A stretch of DNA of 64,000 nt, taken from assembly GCA_965153285.1 (NCBI GenBank), contig OZ229115.1. One strand, given 5' to 3'. The stretch is from Podarcis tiliguerta (Eukaryota). A program made the position numbers and the translations under genes. Positions 23,701 through 36,442 of this stretch are shown piece by piece (position 1 is the stretch's first letter; each line of letters starts with the position of its first letter). The notes beneath the pieces were generated by a model that had not been told where the DNA came from, did no database searches, and saw only the letters and a program-made list of their open reading frames with translations.

Positions 23701-26570
23701 AGCATCAGAATACCTGCTCATATTGGGGAGGGATGGGTCTGGTTTAAGATTGCTACCAAAGTAAGACAGAACTTGACAGTTTATTAAAGGAAGATTAATA
23801 TACAAAAAGTCAAAAAATAACAATAATTTGTTAAAACTAACAACTGTAAATATCAGTGCTAGCAGAAATTTCCAGATAGAAACACATTGTAGTATTATAG
23901 GAAGGTTTTGCTTGGAGAAAATTTTAATTTTGAAATTTGCTCTAAATCTAAAGATTTGTATAATGTATCTTGCTGATCTGATGCATATATAAAGGCACAG
24001 AATGCAATCCAAACCAAGTCTTTTCATTGAAAGCTATGGAATAAGCTTGCAGTAATTGTCCCATTTTTCACAACATATTGAGGGGTTTTTTAAAGTTTAA
24101 GAGCAGAACTTGTACAACAAATGTAAACACAGCAGGTTTCTTCGAAAAGGGTTGAACCCATTTTTAACTTGTTTGGAAGTTAAAAGATTGGTTCAAAAAC
24201 ATACATTATGTAAGTAAAACAAAATATATCTTCAAATTACTGCAACACTGTTTCATCTAGCAATCACTTTTCACATACCCCAAAGACACATAGATGGAAG
24301 AGAACCCTGAATATCAGTCTCTGGTACAAAACATTTTTCACGTTATTCATTTAGAGCAAAGACATATAAGATTACCATTTTCTCCATAGTAGAATTCTTC
24401 CTTTTTAGTCATATTGCTGCTTCCAACTCTAGCAATGTACAACTACAAGGACTTTTCAGGAAGAACAGTTTGTACAGTGAGCTTATGTCCACAAAATACC
24501 ATGTAACCAGGTTTAAAAATAAAACTAATTGAATGGCACAACCTCATCCAATAAGGATCGGCTCACAATGGGGGTGGGACTTACGACTAAAAGAAAACTG
24601 ATATCACCCAGTGCCAACATACGGCTGCTGCTATAAATGTCACTCCCATAGAGAACCACCTCTTTTCCAAAGTACACAAATACACACACAGAACCCTATT
24701 CAAATCACCGTAGGTTGGGAAGCAACATTGCCTGGTAGAGTTCTGAACTGCTACAAATCCTTTTGTAACTCACCAACTGTTTTCTTTGTCTTTGCTTTTT
24801 GTGTGTGTCTTTCCCCACCCCTTCAAAACTTGTATATTCTTTGCATGTGTAGACAGATTGCATTGCATTCATTGCAGTGGTATAAATATATCCCACACAG
24901 TCTGCTTTGTGTATTATTCAATTATTTATTTAAATATGCTAACAGCTGCAATCTCATGTTGCCTTTGCGTTAGTTGCTAAGAGGCTTTTAAATGCAAGTT
25001 AACCACGGGGTTGAGATTCTAGTTTTCTGTGCAAACTTGAGCATTTTTGGAGTTTCATTAATTTCAGGTAAGTTTTGAAGCAATTTTATTCACCTTGATT
25101 AATTAAATAATACTAGTATATCATGTTGAAGTCCTGTAGTAACATTGTGCAAACAAAAACAGTGTTGCAAGCAGCATAGCCGGTGTAAAGGGTTTTGAGG
25201 GTACGATAACACCCACATTCAGGATGTAAACTTTAGACAATTGTTTAAAAATATTTCATATATTTAACTTTTTGTATCATTTTGTCTGTATCATTTGGTG
25301 CCCAACATTTCCAGGAAGTTTTTTTATAAATCAAGTTCAGCAATGACACTAAAGTAAGCAATGCAGTCCACAAGGTTGACATCGTGCAAGTTAATTGCAT
25401 GCAAGATGCGATTGTAGTTTATATCCTTTTTTAACAGTGATTTTTGAGTATTGTAGCATTGCTATTTTAATGCAGTCTGAAAAGTCACGATTAAATGTTG
25501 CAGAAATGTCGAAATGTGAAATGCTCTTGTTCACTGTTCCAGTCAGTGAGCGATGTTCTCCGCCAGGACACTCCATTATATTCTCATCTCACCAAGCTTC
25601 CCATTCACCTCCCAGGAGTTAGCTTGTACTGTATTCAGTAGCCGCTGAGCATGCTCAGAAATCATTGTAGTGTTCTTGGGGATTCCCCCTTAGGAATCTT
25701 TCTAAAGGTGGTTTTTTTTGTGTGTTTTTTTTTGTACTCCTGTAAACTTTGGAGTTCCTGCATGCCTGCTAACAATTCCCTCTTTTGCATTAATATTACT
25801 GTTCGGCTATATGGGCAACAGCACTCACACCTGAGCCTCAGAAGTAAAGGGAATGATGAACTGATTTTACCAAGCAGAATGTAGTTGACTGAACTGTTAA
25901 AAATTATATTTTATCATTCTGTTTTATTGAATAGTTATAATAATACTTTTGGATGTGTTGTTATGGCTAATACAATACATTGGAACCGATGATGAATGAA
26001 TGGATGTTTAGAAATGGGGTCTGAATGTCTATTTTTATCCAACTACTCTGTTTCCTAACTGCATGCTTCAAATGCTTTGGTTCAAAGCTTTTCAATGCTT
26101 TGGTTTTTTTACTGCAACTCTTGCAGGCCTCTATGCTTAGGAATGTGACCTTTCATTAAGAGATTTAAATACATTTCTGCATATATTCAACCATTCCTTT
26201 TCCATTATACTTTTCACCATTGCTTTCAATCATTATTCATGTATACACACGAACACTAAACTGGAATGCCTGAAAGCTAGAAAAATGCCTTTTCTCACAA
26301 TCTTCTTTGCATAATAGCTATTGGCTACACTGACTTTGAACTACCTGTGCCATACACTGAGATGGCTGGTGGCTGTATGCACTGGCTTTTTACATGCTGC
26401 TGCGAGAACCTTTTCCAGTGTGCGGTTATCAGTGTAGGGAGTTATCTGCAGCATGTGTGATAATGTCTGCTGCTTGCTTGGCTAGAGAAATATAGGTGGG
26501 AGAGGGAGAGCAGAAACCTCTGGCTTGTGTTTGGCTGGAATGTAGCCTAATAAGAGTCCTCTTATTATTG

Positions 26571-26890
26571 GGGAGCCAGCGTGGTATAGTGGTTAAGAGC
26601 AGTGGATTCATAATCTGATGAACTGGGTTCCCTTCCCCGCTCCTCCACATGCAGCTGCTGGGTGACCTTGGGCCAGTCACACTTCTTTAAAGTGTCTCAG
26701 CCTCACTCACCTCACGGAGTGTTTGTTGTGGGGGGGGAAGGGAAAGGAGATTGTTAGCCGCTTTGCGACTCCTTAAGGGGAGTGAAAGATAGGATATCAA
26801 GTCCAAACTCCTCGCCTCCTCCTCCTCGTCCTCCTCGTCCTCCTCCTCCTCCTCCTCCTCCTCCTCCTCCTCCTCCTCCTTCTTCTTCTT
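26571..26890 (+). mobile_element. tRNA-headed CORE/MIR-like SINE with expanded (CCT)n/(CTT)n tail
   Basis: A-box TGGTATAGTGG, B-box-like GGTTCCCTTCCC, CORE-like GGTGACCTTGGGCCAGTCAC, tail microsatellite about 26808-26890. Confidence 0.8.
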
Positions 26891-29104
26891 CATATCTGCT
26901 GGCCCTGTCCCCCACTGAGATATGGGTTCTTAGGCTGAAAAAAGGGCTTTCTATCCCTATGATATAGATTTGTGTCAGGGGTACCTGAAGTTGTCAGATT
27001 CAATATGGGGCGCGTCCTATTAGCTCTGCATTGTCATCAAAGGAAAATGGTTTAGCTGGAGTAGTTCTTTCAACATAGCCATTAACTGTAATAAAAGCCT
27101 CCCCCATATTGGGTCTGACAAGGCCTAGGTAGGCACTTTATTATTATTATTATTATTTAAAAAATAATAATCTGAATTTTTATCCCATTATTTCCAGCAG
27201 GCTCAGAACTAGTTTTCAACAAACAAAGAAATATATGCATAAATTCAGAAGCCAAAAACTCTCTTTGAAATATGTGGGTTAAGATATATAAAACATATAC
27301 AAGGGAAGCTGAGGCTCATACTCTGTTTTATTCTTGAACAAAAAGCATGTACTGCGAACAAAAGAATGACAAATACTATGACATAATTTAAAATACACTG
27401 CAGCTACTTGAAGCTTTCCAGAATTTCTGACCTTGTCTTTCATATTCATCCTTTGTTATCTTCTTTTAAATATGTACTGCACTTGACTAACATTCTGGCA
27501 TGCAGAGCCCTGGGAGCTGCATTGTTTTGACATCTGCCAAATACCAGATAACCAGAAGACCACTTAGTGAACTTGGCTGCAACATACTTGGAATGGTAGA
27601 CCTGAACAATACTGTAGAATAATATGCAACCGAACTAAATGATGCTAACAGGCTAAGACTGACCTGGTTGCCTAAGTCTAGGGCAAATAATGATGAAAAA
27701 TATCTCATACTGTCACTCCCCGGATGATCTGAATTGAACTAGAAGCATGTAATATAAAACCCTAACATTGGGGAAGTTGTAAACAATCAGTGTGTTATTG
27801 GGACTTTTATTATTGAAATATTGAGCTATGTAACAGATCTTCTCTGCCTACATGCCTAATGAATGCTGCCATTTTGCCGTTTTTAAAAGGATAATATTCT
27901 GTTACTGTACCTATTATATCACCATCACCACATTTTACAATGTTAAGTACTGTGTGTGAGACTCCCATTATAAGAGGAAACCTCTGCTTTATACAAACCA
28001 CAATGTCTTGTTTCTCTGCCACTTTAGTAAGCTTTTAGAGAACAAAATGAATGAAGCAGGGATGCCAACTCACAGCCGTTCCAATATGCACAAAACTCTA
28101 ATAGCCTTCCCGTTCTCAAAATCTGCCCTGACAAATCCTGGTTTTCAATGACATGCCACACATAACATTTTGCCTGCTGTCAAATAATAACCAACATTAA
28201 AAGGGTGTCATAATAAGACATGCATCATGCATTTTAAAGCACAGATAAGCACTGACTTGAAATGTTACCAGCCACCTATTAACCAAACAAACCACAATTA
28301 ATTCTGTTTATTTCCTACAATTTGTCAGCTGTGGCTTCTTTCATCAGTTGTCAATTCAGCAGTGTGGTCTAGCAAAGGTGGGCAATGAGGATTATGCACA
28401 AACACACAATATATATATATATTGTAACTTTTACCCATAAGAGGTTTCAAAAGCATGCTCAAATTGATTTCAACTGGTTGTTTTTAGGGATATTTTACCA
28501 ACCTTGTTTCTCATTTTTACTTTTTTTATTATTGCTGCTCTATTGTTGTACTTTATCATATTTAATTTATATTATTATTGTTAGCTGCCTTAAGCAACTT
28601 TTGACGTAAGGGTGGGGTTCAAATTTAATAAGCAATTAAAATAAAATAAAAATCTTCTAATTCCTTGGCTGAAGTTTTTGGAAGTTGGCAATCTTTTGTA
28701 GCATCTAGTGAAAATGAACATTTTATACCTCTTCAGTTCCTAAAGAGGAAAATGGAAATTTCTGCTTCAGATTTTCAGATTTTGTTGTATAAAACTGGGA
28801 TGTACCCAGGTGTTGGCTAGGTTTGTTCCTACCCAGGGTGCAGGCCCAGAGAAGTGCCTCTCTACTCTGGCTCAAAGTGGTAAAGAGCCTGTCTGTCCAT
28901 CCGCATGCTCTACGGACTACTCTCATATAAGAAATAAGACATTTCTTTTTTAAAAAAATTAACAATTTAACTAATATTTAAAATGTCCTGTTGCTTAAAA
29001 TGAACACTCACACAGGATATACAGCACAGTATGTGTACAAGTTGAGAAAGCTTTATTATAAGATCTGCCTAAAGACATGGTCCCTATACACAACCTTGGA
29101 TTCA

Positions 29105-29250
29105 CTGCATAACTCGGTTGCTTTAGAGCATGGTGCTGATAACACCAAGGTTGCAGGTTCGATCCCCATATGGAGCAGCTGCAAATTCCTGCAGTGCAGG
29201 GGGTTGGACTAGATGACCCTCAGGGTCCCTTCCAACTCTACGATTCTATG
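29105..29250 (+). mobile_element. tRNA-Ile-derived SINE with CR1-type 3' tail
   Basis: TAGAGCATGGTGCTGATAACACCAAGGTTGCAGGTTCGATCCCC (tRNA-Ile-like) followed by GGTTGGACTAGATGACC...TTCCAAC...ATTCTATG. Confidence 0.82.
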
Positions 29251-29976
29251 TGTTTAAAGCAGTATTTAGTATTTTTTTAAAAATCGGTGCACTGCTACGT
29301 TTATATTTTTGCTTTCATAAGATCGATTTGAATTCTGTATTTGTAGAATACAACACTATTTAACTACTTCTTTAAAAGTTCATTAAAAAGAGCAGCAAGA
29401 TTTGTTATAGAAAGAAAAGTGCAGTGCCTAATTAGGCACTTCAGTACTTGCTTTATAATCCCACATGCCCTGCGGTTGCTTTGCATTCTGAATCCTTAAA
29501 CAGGTCCTTTTAAAACTGTGATCTAATATAAAATAATTAACATCTTTGCTTGTTGGGAGATACATTATTAATGCATATATAACACATATAAGCTGTTACA
29601 AACACACACACACACACACACACTGGTGCTATAACTGAAAGATGGCTGGTGAATTTAGCAGGAGAGCAAGAAATAGATGAGCGCTTGAAAACCAGAGGGG
29701 GGGATGAACCAAGAAGAAAGTCTGGCTGGAATGAGATGTTTGCGTGGCACTAAAAAGGGAACAGAGAGCCCAGGCATTGGTGGAGAAAAAGAAATAGAAG
29801 CATACTTGGATCATGGGGCAAGACAACACATTGGCTATATTGGGTCATTAGACCTTTTGACTGGAATGATCCAGAAGTTAATCTGTTTAGCTAATAAAGC
29901 TGCAGGTTCCTTTGGACTCAAGTGCCTCAGCATGTCCGGCTGAGGCAATGACATGCTTCCACAAGACTCTACAGGA

Positions 29977-30486
29977 GGGATTGCCGACCCGGTGTGTGCA
30001 GGTGCCCTCAAAGGCCTTCTTTGGTGTACCCCAGATAAATTATAACCCCTAAGTTCCCAGTTCTTATTTAAAAAGACAAAGTTTCTAGCATTCTTAGAAC
30101 CTAAGATATGAGAAAAAACATACAGATACCGTTCTTCTCAATTTTTTGTGCAGAACTAGCCCATACATGGAGATGGAGAGGTGTGCTCGTGGTGTATGTT
30201 TGCAAGCAGGAGTTGAAAAGGAAATATGTATGTATGAATGTGTGTGTGGCTTGTGAGAAAGGAAGAGACGTACTTGGGCTGAGGGATATATTTATCTGTG
30301 GCCTGTATATGTGAAATGAACGTGTGCATTTGGGCAAGAGAGCAACCAGCAATGACTGTACTTGGCCCCCTCCCATGACAGCCATGTTTTTTATGCCACA
30401 CCCCCACAGAAGTGATGTCACTGGTGCCCACGGCACTTTCTCAAAATTAAAATGTGCCTTGCTGGACCAAACGTTTGGCAGCCCTA
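29977..30486. mobile_element. Possible old hAT-type non-autonomous element
   Basis: AGGGATTGCCGAC ... GTTTGGCAGCCCT imperfect TIRs; no clear TSD. Confidence 0.4.
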
Positions 30487-31743
30487 GCTTTGCTCTACAG
30501 AATGTCCAGGGTGGGTGAATGGCAGTTCCTGTGAAGAGACAAATGAAAGTGTACGTATTCTTGGAATGAGTGCAGACATATTTAAATATTCTCTGACTTA
30601 AATTAGATTGATATCAGCTGTTTTGCAAGACAGAATTTTTTGTTATTCATTGTTCGCCTTTGTACAATTACCAGTACGGTGCAAAGAAATGTAAAGATGT
30701 TTCAGTGTCAAGCTAATTCCGCCTAACAGTGAAAACAAGCACTTCCTTCCCCATTTTTTCCAGCAGGCAATTTACATAATGCAGTATATTGAGGTTAAGT
30801 TTTCACATCAACACCAGCCTCTTTCCAATTCCTGCAATTCAAGGACCGCATGGTGTTGCCCAATGCCCCCCCCTCCGCCGGCACCGAGGCATCATTATAA
30901 TGGGAACAACCTGCTCCTTCAGTTGCATAATGGCAATCAAGTTTGAATAAATCTCACTTAGCAATTAAAACAATCAGAGAGCAATGCCGTCTCATCTACT
31001 CACTTAAAAGGGGAAAAGCAATATTCAACTACAATAGTACGAGCAGAAATATACTGTATATGTCAATAGAATATGCCAATACAGAAATAAATCAGAATTA
31101 GTTGTGTTTCCTCTAAGTCTATGCTTCCTTAACCTATCTGTTTCTCAAACAGAAGTCCATTAATCTATTTGGCAAAACACTTCTGAAAATGAGTGATATT
31201 TCAAAACCAGTTTATGATATTGCCTTGAGAAAGGGGATAGCTGTTCCAAGTTAGGGTGTTGGGGGAGGGGGCAAAGCTGCAAGTAGTTCTATGGATCTTC
31301 TGAGTCACATGACCATTCTCTTTTCTCCCAACGCACATTAAGTGGCTCACAAGCTATTATTCATGTGACAGTGATTGCAATTCACCTATTTGTCTTCTGG
31401 CTTTTTAACGTTTCCTAGTTTGAATTGTGATGAGTTTTTAATAACTGGAAATCACTTTGGGGTTCCTTTTAAGATTGGAAAGCTGATATATTTTATGAAT
31501 AAATTAAAAATATGGCACAATTATTTGTGTTCATGCTACAGTGTGATTAAAAGGAGAAAGTGCCCCTTTTCTTTTACTCTCCATATAGAATATATTTCTA
31601 TTCAGAAGCCTGCTTCTACATACAGATCTTCAGGGTGCTTTTATTGTAGGGGGAAAAAGGTGTCATGAAGTTGTTACAGGAAGTGTTACATTTTTAACCA
31701 GTGCTTTTCTTCTACAAAAAAGGTGTCGGTACAGCATACCCTT

Positions 31744-32123
31744 GAGGTACGTGGGTGGCGCTGTGCTCTAAACCACTGAGCCTCTTGGGCTTGCCGATTA
31801 GAAGGTCAGCAGTTTGAATCAGTGCAAGGGGGTGAGATCCTGTTGCTCTGTCCCAGCTCCTGCCAACCTAGCAGTTTGAAAGCATACCAGTGCAAGTAGA
31901 TAAATAGATACTGCTGCGGCAGGAAGGTAAACGGCATTTCCGTGTGCTCTGGCACTCGTCACTGCCCTCCGTGCACCAGAAGCGGTTTAGTCATGCTGGC
32001 CACAGGATCCGGAAAGCTGTCTGTGGCCAAACGCCAGCTCCCTCGGCCTGAAAAGTGAGATGGGCGCCACACCACATAGTCACCTTTGACTGGACTTAAC
32101 TGTCCAGGAGTCCTTTACCTTTT
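31744..32123 (+). mobile_element. Sauria SINE (older subfamily)
   Basis: GGGTGGCGCTGTG head, GCAAGTAGATAAATAG core, CCTTTACCTTT tail. Confidence 0.9.
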
Positions 32124-33431
32124 ACCCTAGCCTTTCTCATATTAGGCCTTGGCATCACTACACAGATGGAGCTATCAGAGAAATACTTCAGAGTCCTATA
32201 ATTTGATCCAGTATTAATATTTTAATATCTTCCTGACTGATCATGAATATCTTATTTACCTCTGCATTTTTCTTAACCAAATCCTATACCCTTTTACCTG
32301 GGAGGAAGCCCCACAACGGGACTTGAGTAAACACATTCAGGACTGCACAATGTTACACACTAATTTTTTTTCAGACCAGTGTAAGTTGAAAAGCACTAGC
32401 ACTTTTGGGTGAATGTGGATGAACCTCTGAATATGTATGTTTATTTGAGTTAATATATACTTATCTGAGTAGTCAAACCATATTCACTTTATGCACATTA
32501 ATTTTAGAAAATACAGATATATGGATATGAAAAACTGGTGTTGAGCTAGTTGGGCACTGTAATTGTTTGACATTTTGATTGCTAGATGTCCTTTCTATAT
32601 TCTATTAGACTTTTATAATGACTTGGGGGTGAAGAAGGAGGTTCTCTCTTTCTACCTTGGTCCTACTTCTTGAGCTATTATGTCACGGATGCTGTGTAAA
32701 ATTAGCCTTGCGAAATGACAAGAGATATAAATGACGTATAAACGTCTGATGTAGAATGATTATAATTATCATTTGTACCTTCATACGCAGTAATGCAAGT
32801 CAGTCATGTTTAATTTTCCAGAATGATTACATTTCCACTTCACAAGAGAGGAAGTTAAATGACCTGCATGGTCCTCACATTTTATCCCCTGCACCCAGCC
32901 ACTATTTGTTATGATTGGTCTCAAGAAAGAAAAGAAAAAGATCCAGAAGTCTATCCGTGTTAGAGTTTGGGAGCAGAAGAAAATTTCAAATATGCAGATA
33001 AATTATTCTCTCATAAAACCCAGTCTCTAATGTCAACACTGAATTGTTGAATCTTACAACTACCAGTGTCCAACAAGGAATGTACCCACAAGTCCTGAAA
33101 GGGATTTTTCCTTCTCCATCTCTTCTGCTACTTGTTTACTTTCAGTAGGTATTCTTCTGTTTTTCCTTAGCTAATAAAGGCAGTGTTTGGATTTTATTCA
33201 TTCGTACAACTTCTACATACTAGCCCACTGTAGCATGAGGTTGTTCATAATCAATATGAAAAGACACATAATTTATTTAGGGATAACTGACTAAAACATT
33301 CTTAAAGATTTATTACATGAATTTAGAAAACAAATGCATGAAATGAAGGATCTGAGTGTTCCAGTAATGCTAGGATTCTCTGATACTTAACTATGGGCCA
33401 CTTTTTGGTAACAGTCATACTGTATGAAGGT

Positions 33432-33601
33432 ACAGGATACACATAGGAAGCACAGGATACACATAGGAAGCTGCCTTATACCAATCATACCAATCATAGG
33501 TTTGGGATCAGGGGACTTTCCCAGCCACAGTGGGAGATGCCAAGGATTAAACCTGGGATCTTCTGCATGTTAAGCGGATGTTCTGCCACTGAGCTACGGC
33601 C
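33432..33601 (-). mobile_element. tRNA-derived SINE (Squam3-like), internally deleted
   Basis: Minus strand GGCCGTAGCTCAGTGGCAGAAC...CCAGGTTTAATCC; tail TATAAGGCAGCTTCCTATGT with a 20-bp tandem duplication at 33432-33471. Confidence 0.75.
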
Positions 33602-33737
33602 CAATGTTTGCCAAACTTGGGTCTCCAGCTGCTTTTGGACTACAATTCCCATCATCTCTGACCACTGGTCTTGCTAGGTAGGGATAATGGGGGTCATACA
33701 CAAAAAACAGCTGGAGGCCCAAGTTTGGGAAACACTG
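33602..33737. mobile_element. Palindromic hAT MITE inserted at the SINE head
   Basis: CAATGTTTGCCAAACTTGGG / CCCAAGTTTGGGAAACACTG TIRs; TSD CTACGGCC / CTATGGCT (6 of 8). Confidence 0.78.
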
Positions 33738-34906
33738 CTATGGCTGTTCCCCACTTGTCATGCATAGTGTGAAGCTGTTCACAGTTGTTGTTTTTTTCTT
33801 TACTTACAGCCATGGGAGGAGGGAGAACTGTTATCAGGACTGCAATCCATGAGAGAGAGAAAGAGAGGTTTGTCACTATTCCGAAAAGTTAAACAGCTTT
33901 GTATAACTAACACAATGAAAGCAATGCATAAGTAACATAATTAAAAGATTCATAGTTATATCTTTTTCTTTTCATTTCATTTTTTACTTCCTTGATGAGA
34001 TAAAATATTTATAGCTGCACTGTGGCTACAGTATTTCCAAACCCTCAGGCTACAAAGGATGTACCAAATGAAACCGCATGGAGCTGCGTACATTATATTA
34101 AGTTCTTGTCCTAGTTGTAAATATAATATGTTAAATCATTCTACATTTTGCTGTCCGTTCAATCTCCTTTACAAAAGAAGTGTGTGAGAGTGGGGGGAGA
34201 AAGAAACTGGGGAAATATTCTCATTCTCTGCATATGTCTCTGCTTATGGGGGTTTAATATAACAAGTATGAAAAGAGCTTCAGTGTGGAGAACAGAATTA
34301 CCAATAGGAGTTTCTTCAATCTGTTCCAAGTTTAGATTCAATATTATTCTAACTACATGGTAGTGAAGGGCAGTGGTATTCACTGTGAAATCAATGAATA
34401 GAGGAAATGTTTGCAGACCGGCACATAAAATTAAAGATGCTACCAGTATAAAAATTCCTTATGCTTTAAGTTATAAAAGCCGGATACAAGTTCTTATAAC
34501 ATGCTAGCAAATATTCTCTTCCAGCAGAGACTTTAGTTGTCTCCTTTGTGCCATCCATTCTTCTTCTACGACCATTACTCTTCCTTCTAGTTAGCTCCCT
34601 CAGTTCCTCTTCAGCAACACACCAATGATAATGCTATGGGGGGGGTAATATAATGTAGGGCAGGTGTGCCAACTTAATTAAAATATTGCGGGGAGGGGCA
34701 GGTTAGCCCCACCCCACATAATTGATCACATGACGAGGCACATGAGCAGCATTTGTTGTTTTCTTCATTCTCTATTTTAGATTTTAAAGGGCATGGGGCT
34801 GTCTATTCCTGCCTATGTAACTCTGTAATGAGCCATGCACACTCATGGTACTCAACAAATATCAAAATACAGCAAAGAACATGGCAATCCAAAGTTCTTT
34901 GAAAAG

Positions 34907-35025
34907 CAAGGGTGGGAAACCTGTGCACTACAGTTCCCATCATCCCTGACCACTGGCCGTGCTGTCTGGCGCTGGTGGGCGCTGGAATCTTAATAACTGG
35001 AAAGTCAAACAATCCCCACCCTTGG
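34907..35025. mobile_element. Decayed hAT MITE
   Basis: CAAGGGTGGGAAAC ... CCCCACCCTTG ends; ACTACAGTTCCCATCATCCCTGACCACTGG core shared with 33602-33737. Confidence 0.6.
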
Positions 35026-35125
35026 GTTGATCAAAATTACCTGGTATCCACTATCTGACAGACACAGCTTTGTGAAGAAAGGATTCAGAATTGAAACCTG
35101 CTGATAGGAAATGTGTCTGTCATGA

Positions 35126-35600
35126 TGTCAGGGAATGGAATGAAGAGGTAGAGGAATGGTGGGGATCTCTCCCCCACCCCTGCCTTCTCCTAGAGCTGAA
35201 GGGAGGAGAGAGACAGTATTGAAGTGCCGCCAAGCTATGTAGCGAGCAGCCAAGGTATGCTGAGTGAGGAGAAGTAAGGGAGGGAAGAGAGCAGTCAGCG
35301 AACGCTTCAATAGACAGCATAGGGGATCCTCCGTCCCCTAGGATGCAACAGTCATTGAGGGTACAAGAACAACATACGCAGCAATGTTTGGCAATGGGAG
35401 GCTTCTATAGAGGCGAGTGCTGTTGGGGAAGGGGGAAGGAGGAGAAGGAGCCAGAGTGAGCGACTCCATCATGGAGGAAAGACTGGAATTCTTTGTCTGT
35501 TACTACAGTGACTTAATAAATCATAAGTAAAAGCTTTCTTGTTTCCTCCTGGCTCCTTGAAACCTTCGGCAGGAGAGGGAGAGATTCCTCAGGCCTGACA
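35126..35600 (+). mobile_element. Solo LTR (475 bp) of a related Gypsy family
   Basis: TGTCAGG...CCTGACA termini identical to the 4250-4669 LTR; TSD CATGA / CATAA; AATAAA at 35515-35520. Confidence 0.88.
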
Positions 35601-36442
35601 CATAAGACTAAGTGTGAAAAATTAGAAAATCCTCATTTTTTAAAAAAAATAATCCTCTAAATAATATTGAATTTTTTTAAAAAGTACTATTAACAACAGA
35701 ACCAGACACAACCAAAAGGGCAAGGCATAGTTCCCCTCAATTACATTCATATATTGTATTTTTCAATATTGATTTTCAGATTTTAACTGCATGCTTCATC
35801 ATTTTAAAATCCTAATAAAAAAGTCACAGAATGTAAACATTTTATAGCCCATTTTCATTTTTATGCACTATGCTGCATTCATGCACTTGAAAACAATGAT
35901 AAGGCAATAAAATGATAGGACATGCATGTGAAAGTCTGCTGCCTGGTACATTTAGCTTCAGTTTGAACAGAAATAGCCTATGTTTTGCATGAAACATCCA
36001 AAGTCACTCTACTGCTTTCACCTGTATCCTATAATCAATATTTTAACCTATGCACATAGAACTACAGGTGCATATTTTTTAAAATAAAAAATAAATATAC
36101 CTGTAAAGTCCTATCAAGCCTGAATGTAACTGACCCTTCTTGTCCATTTGAACTGGATTTTAACTGAGTGCAGAAAACTGGAAACAAAACTTAATTGGCA
36201 GAGATAAGTTTTAGAAGGCTTACTATGTTAAAGAAAATGGTAGCTATAGAATCTGCAAAAAACAGCTTCTTTCTTCACATTTTCCTCATTCATGAATTTA
36301 TTTTTTGTTTAGCACGGATATTTAAAAGAATAACCACACACTGAGGAGCATGTAACACGTGCCTTTAAAAAACTCCACCAAAAAACAGTTTGACTGCCAA
36401 GTAACTGAGAGATTTGTGTTACTTTGTTACTCAGGGTCAGGT

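Noticed and set aside
26687-26967. Poly-Glu and poly-Pro ORFs
   Set aside because: Translations of the SINE (CCT)n tail
29105-29175. tRNA-Ile gene
   Set aside because: The acceptor stem is broken and the sequence continues into a CR1-type tail, so it is a SINE head
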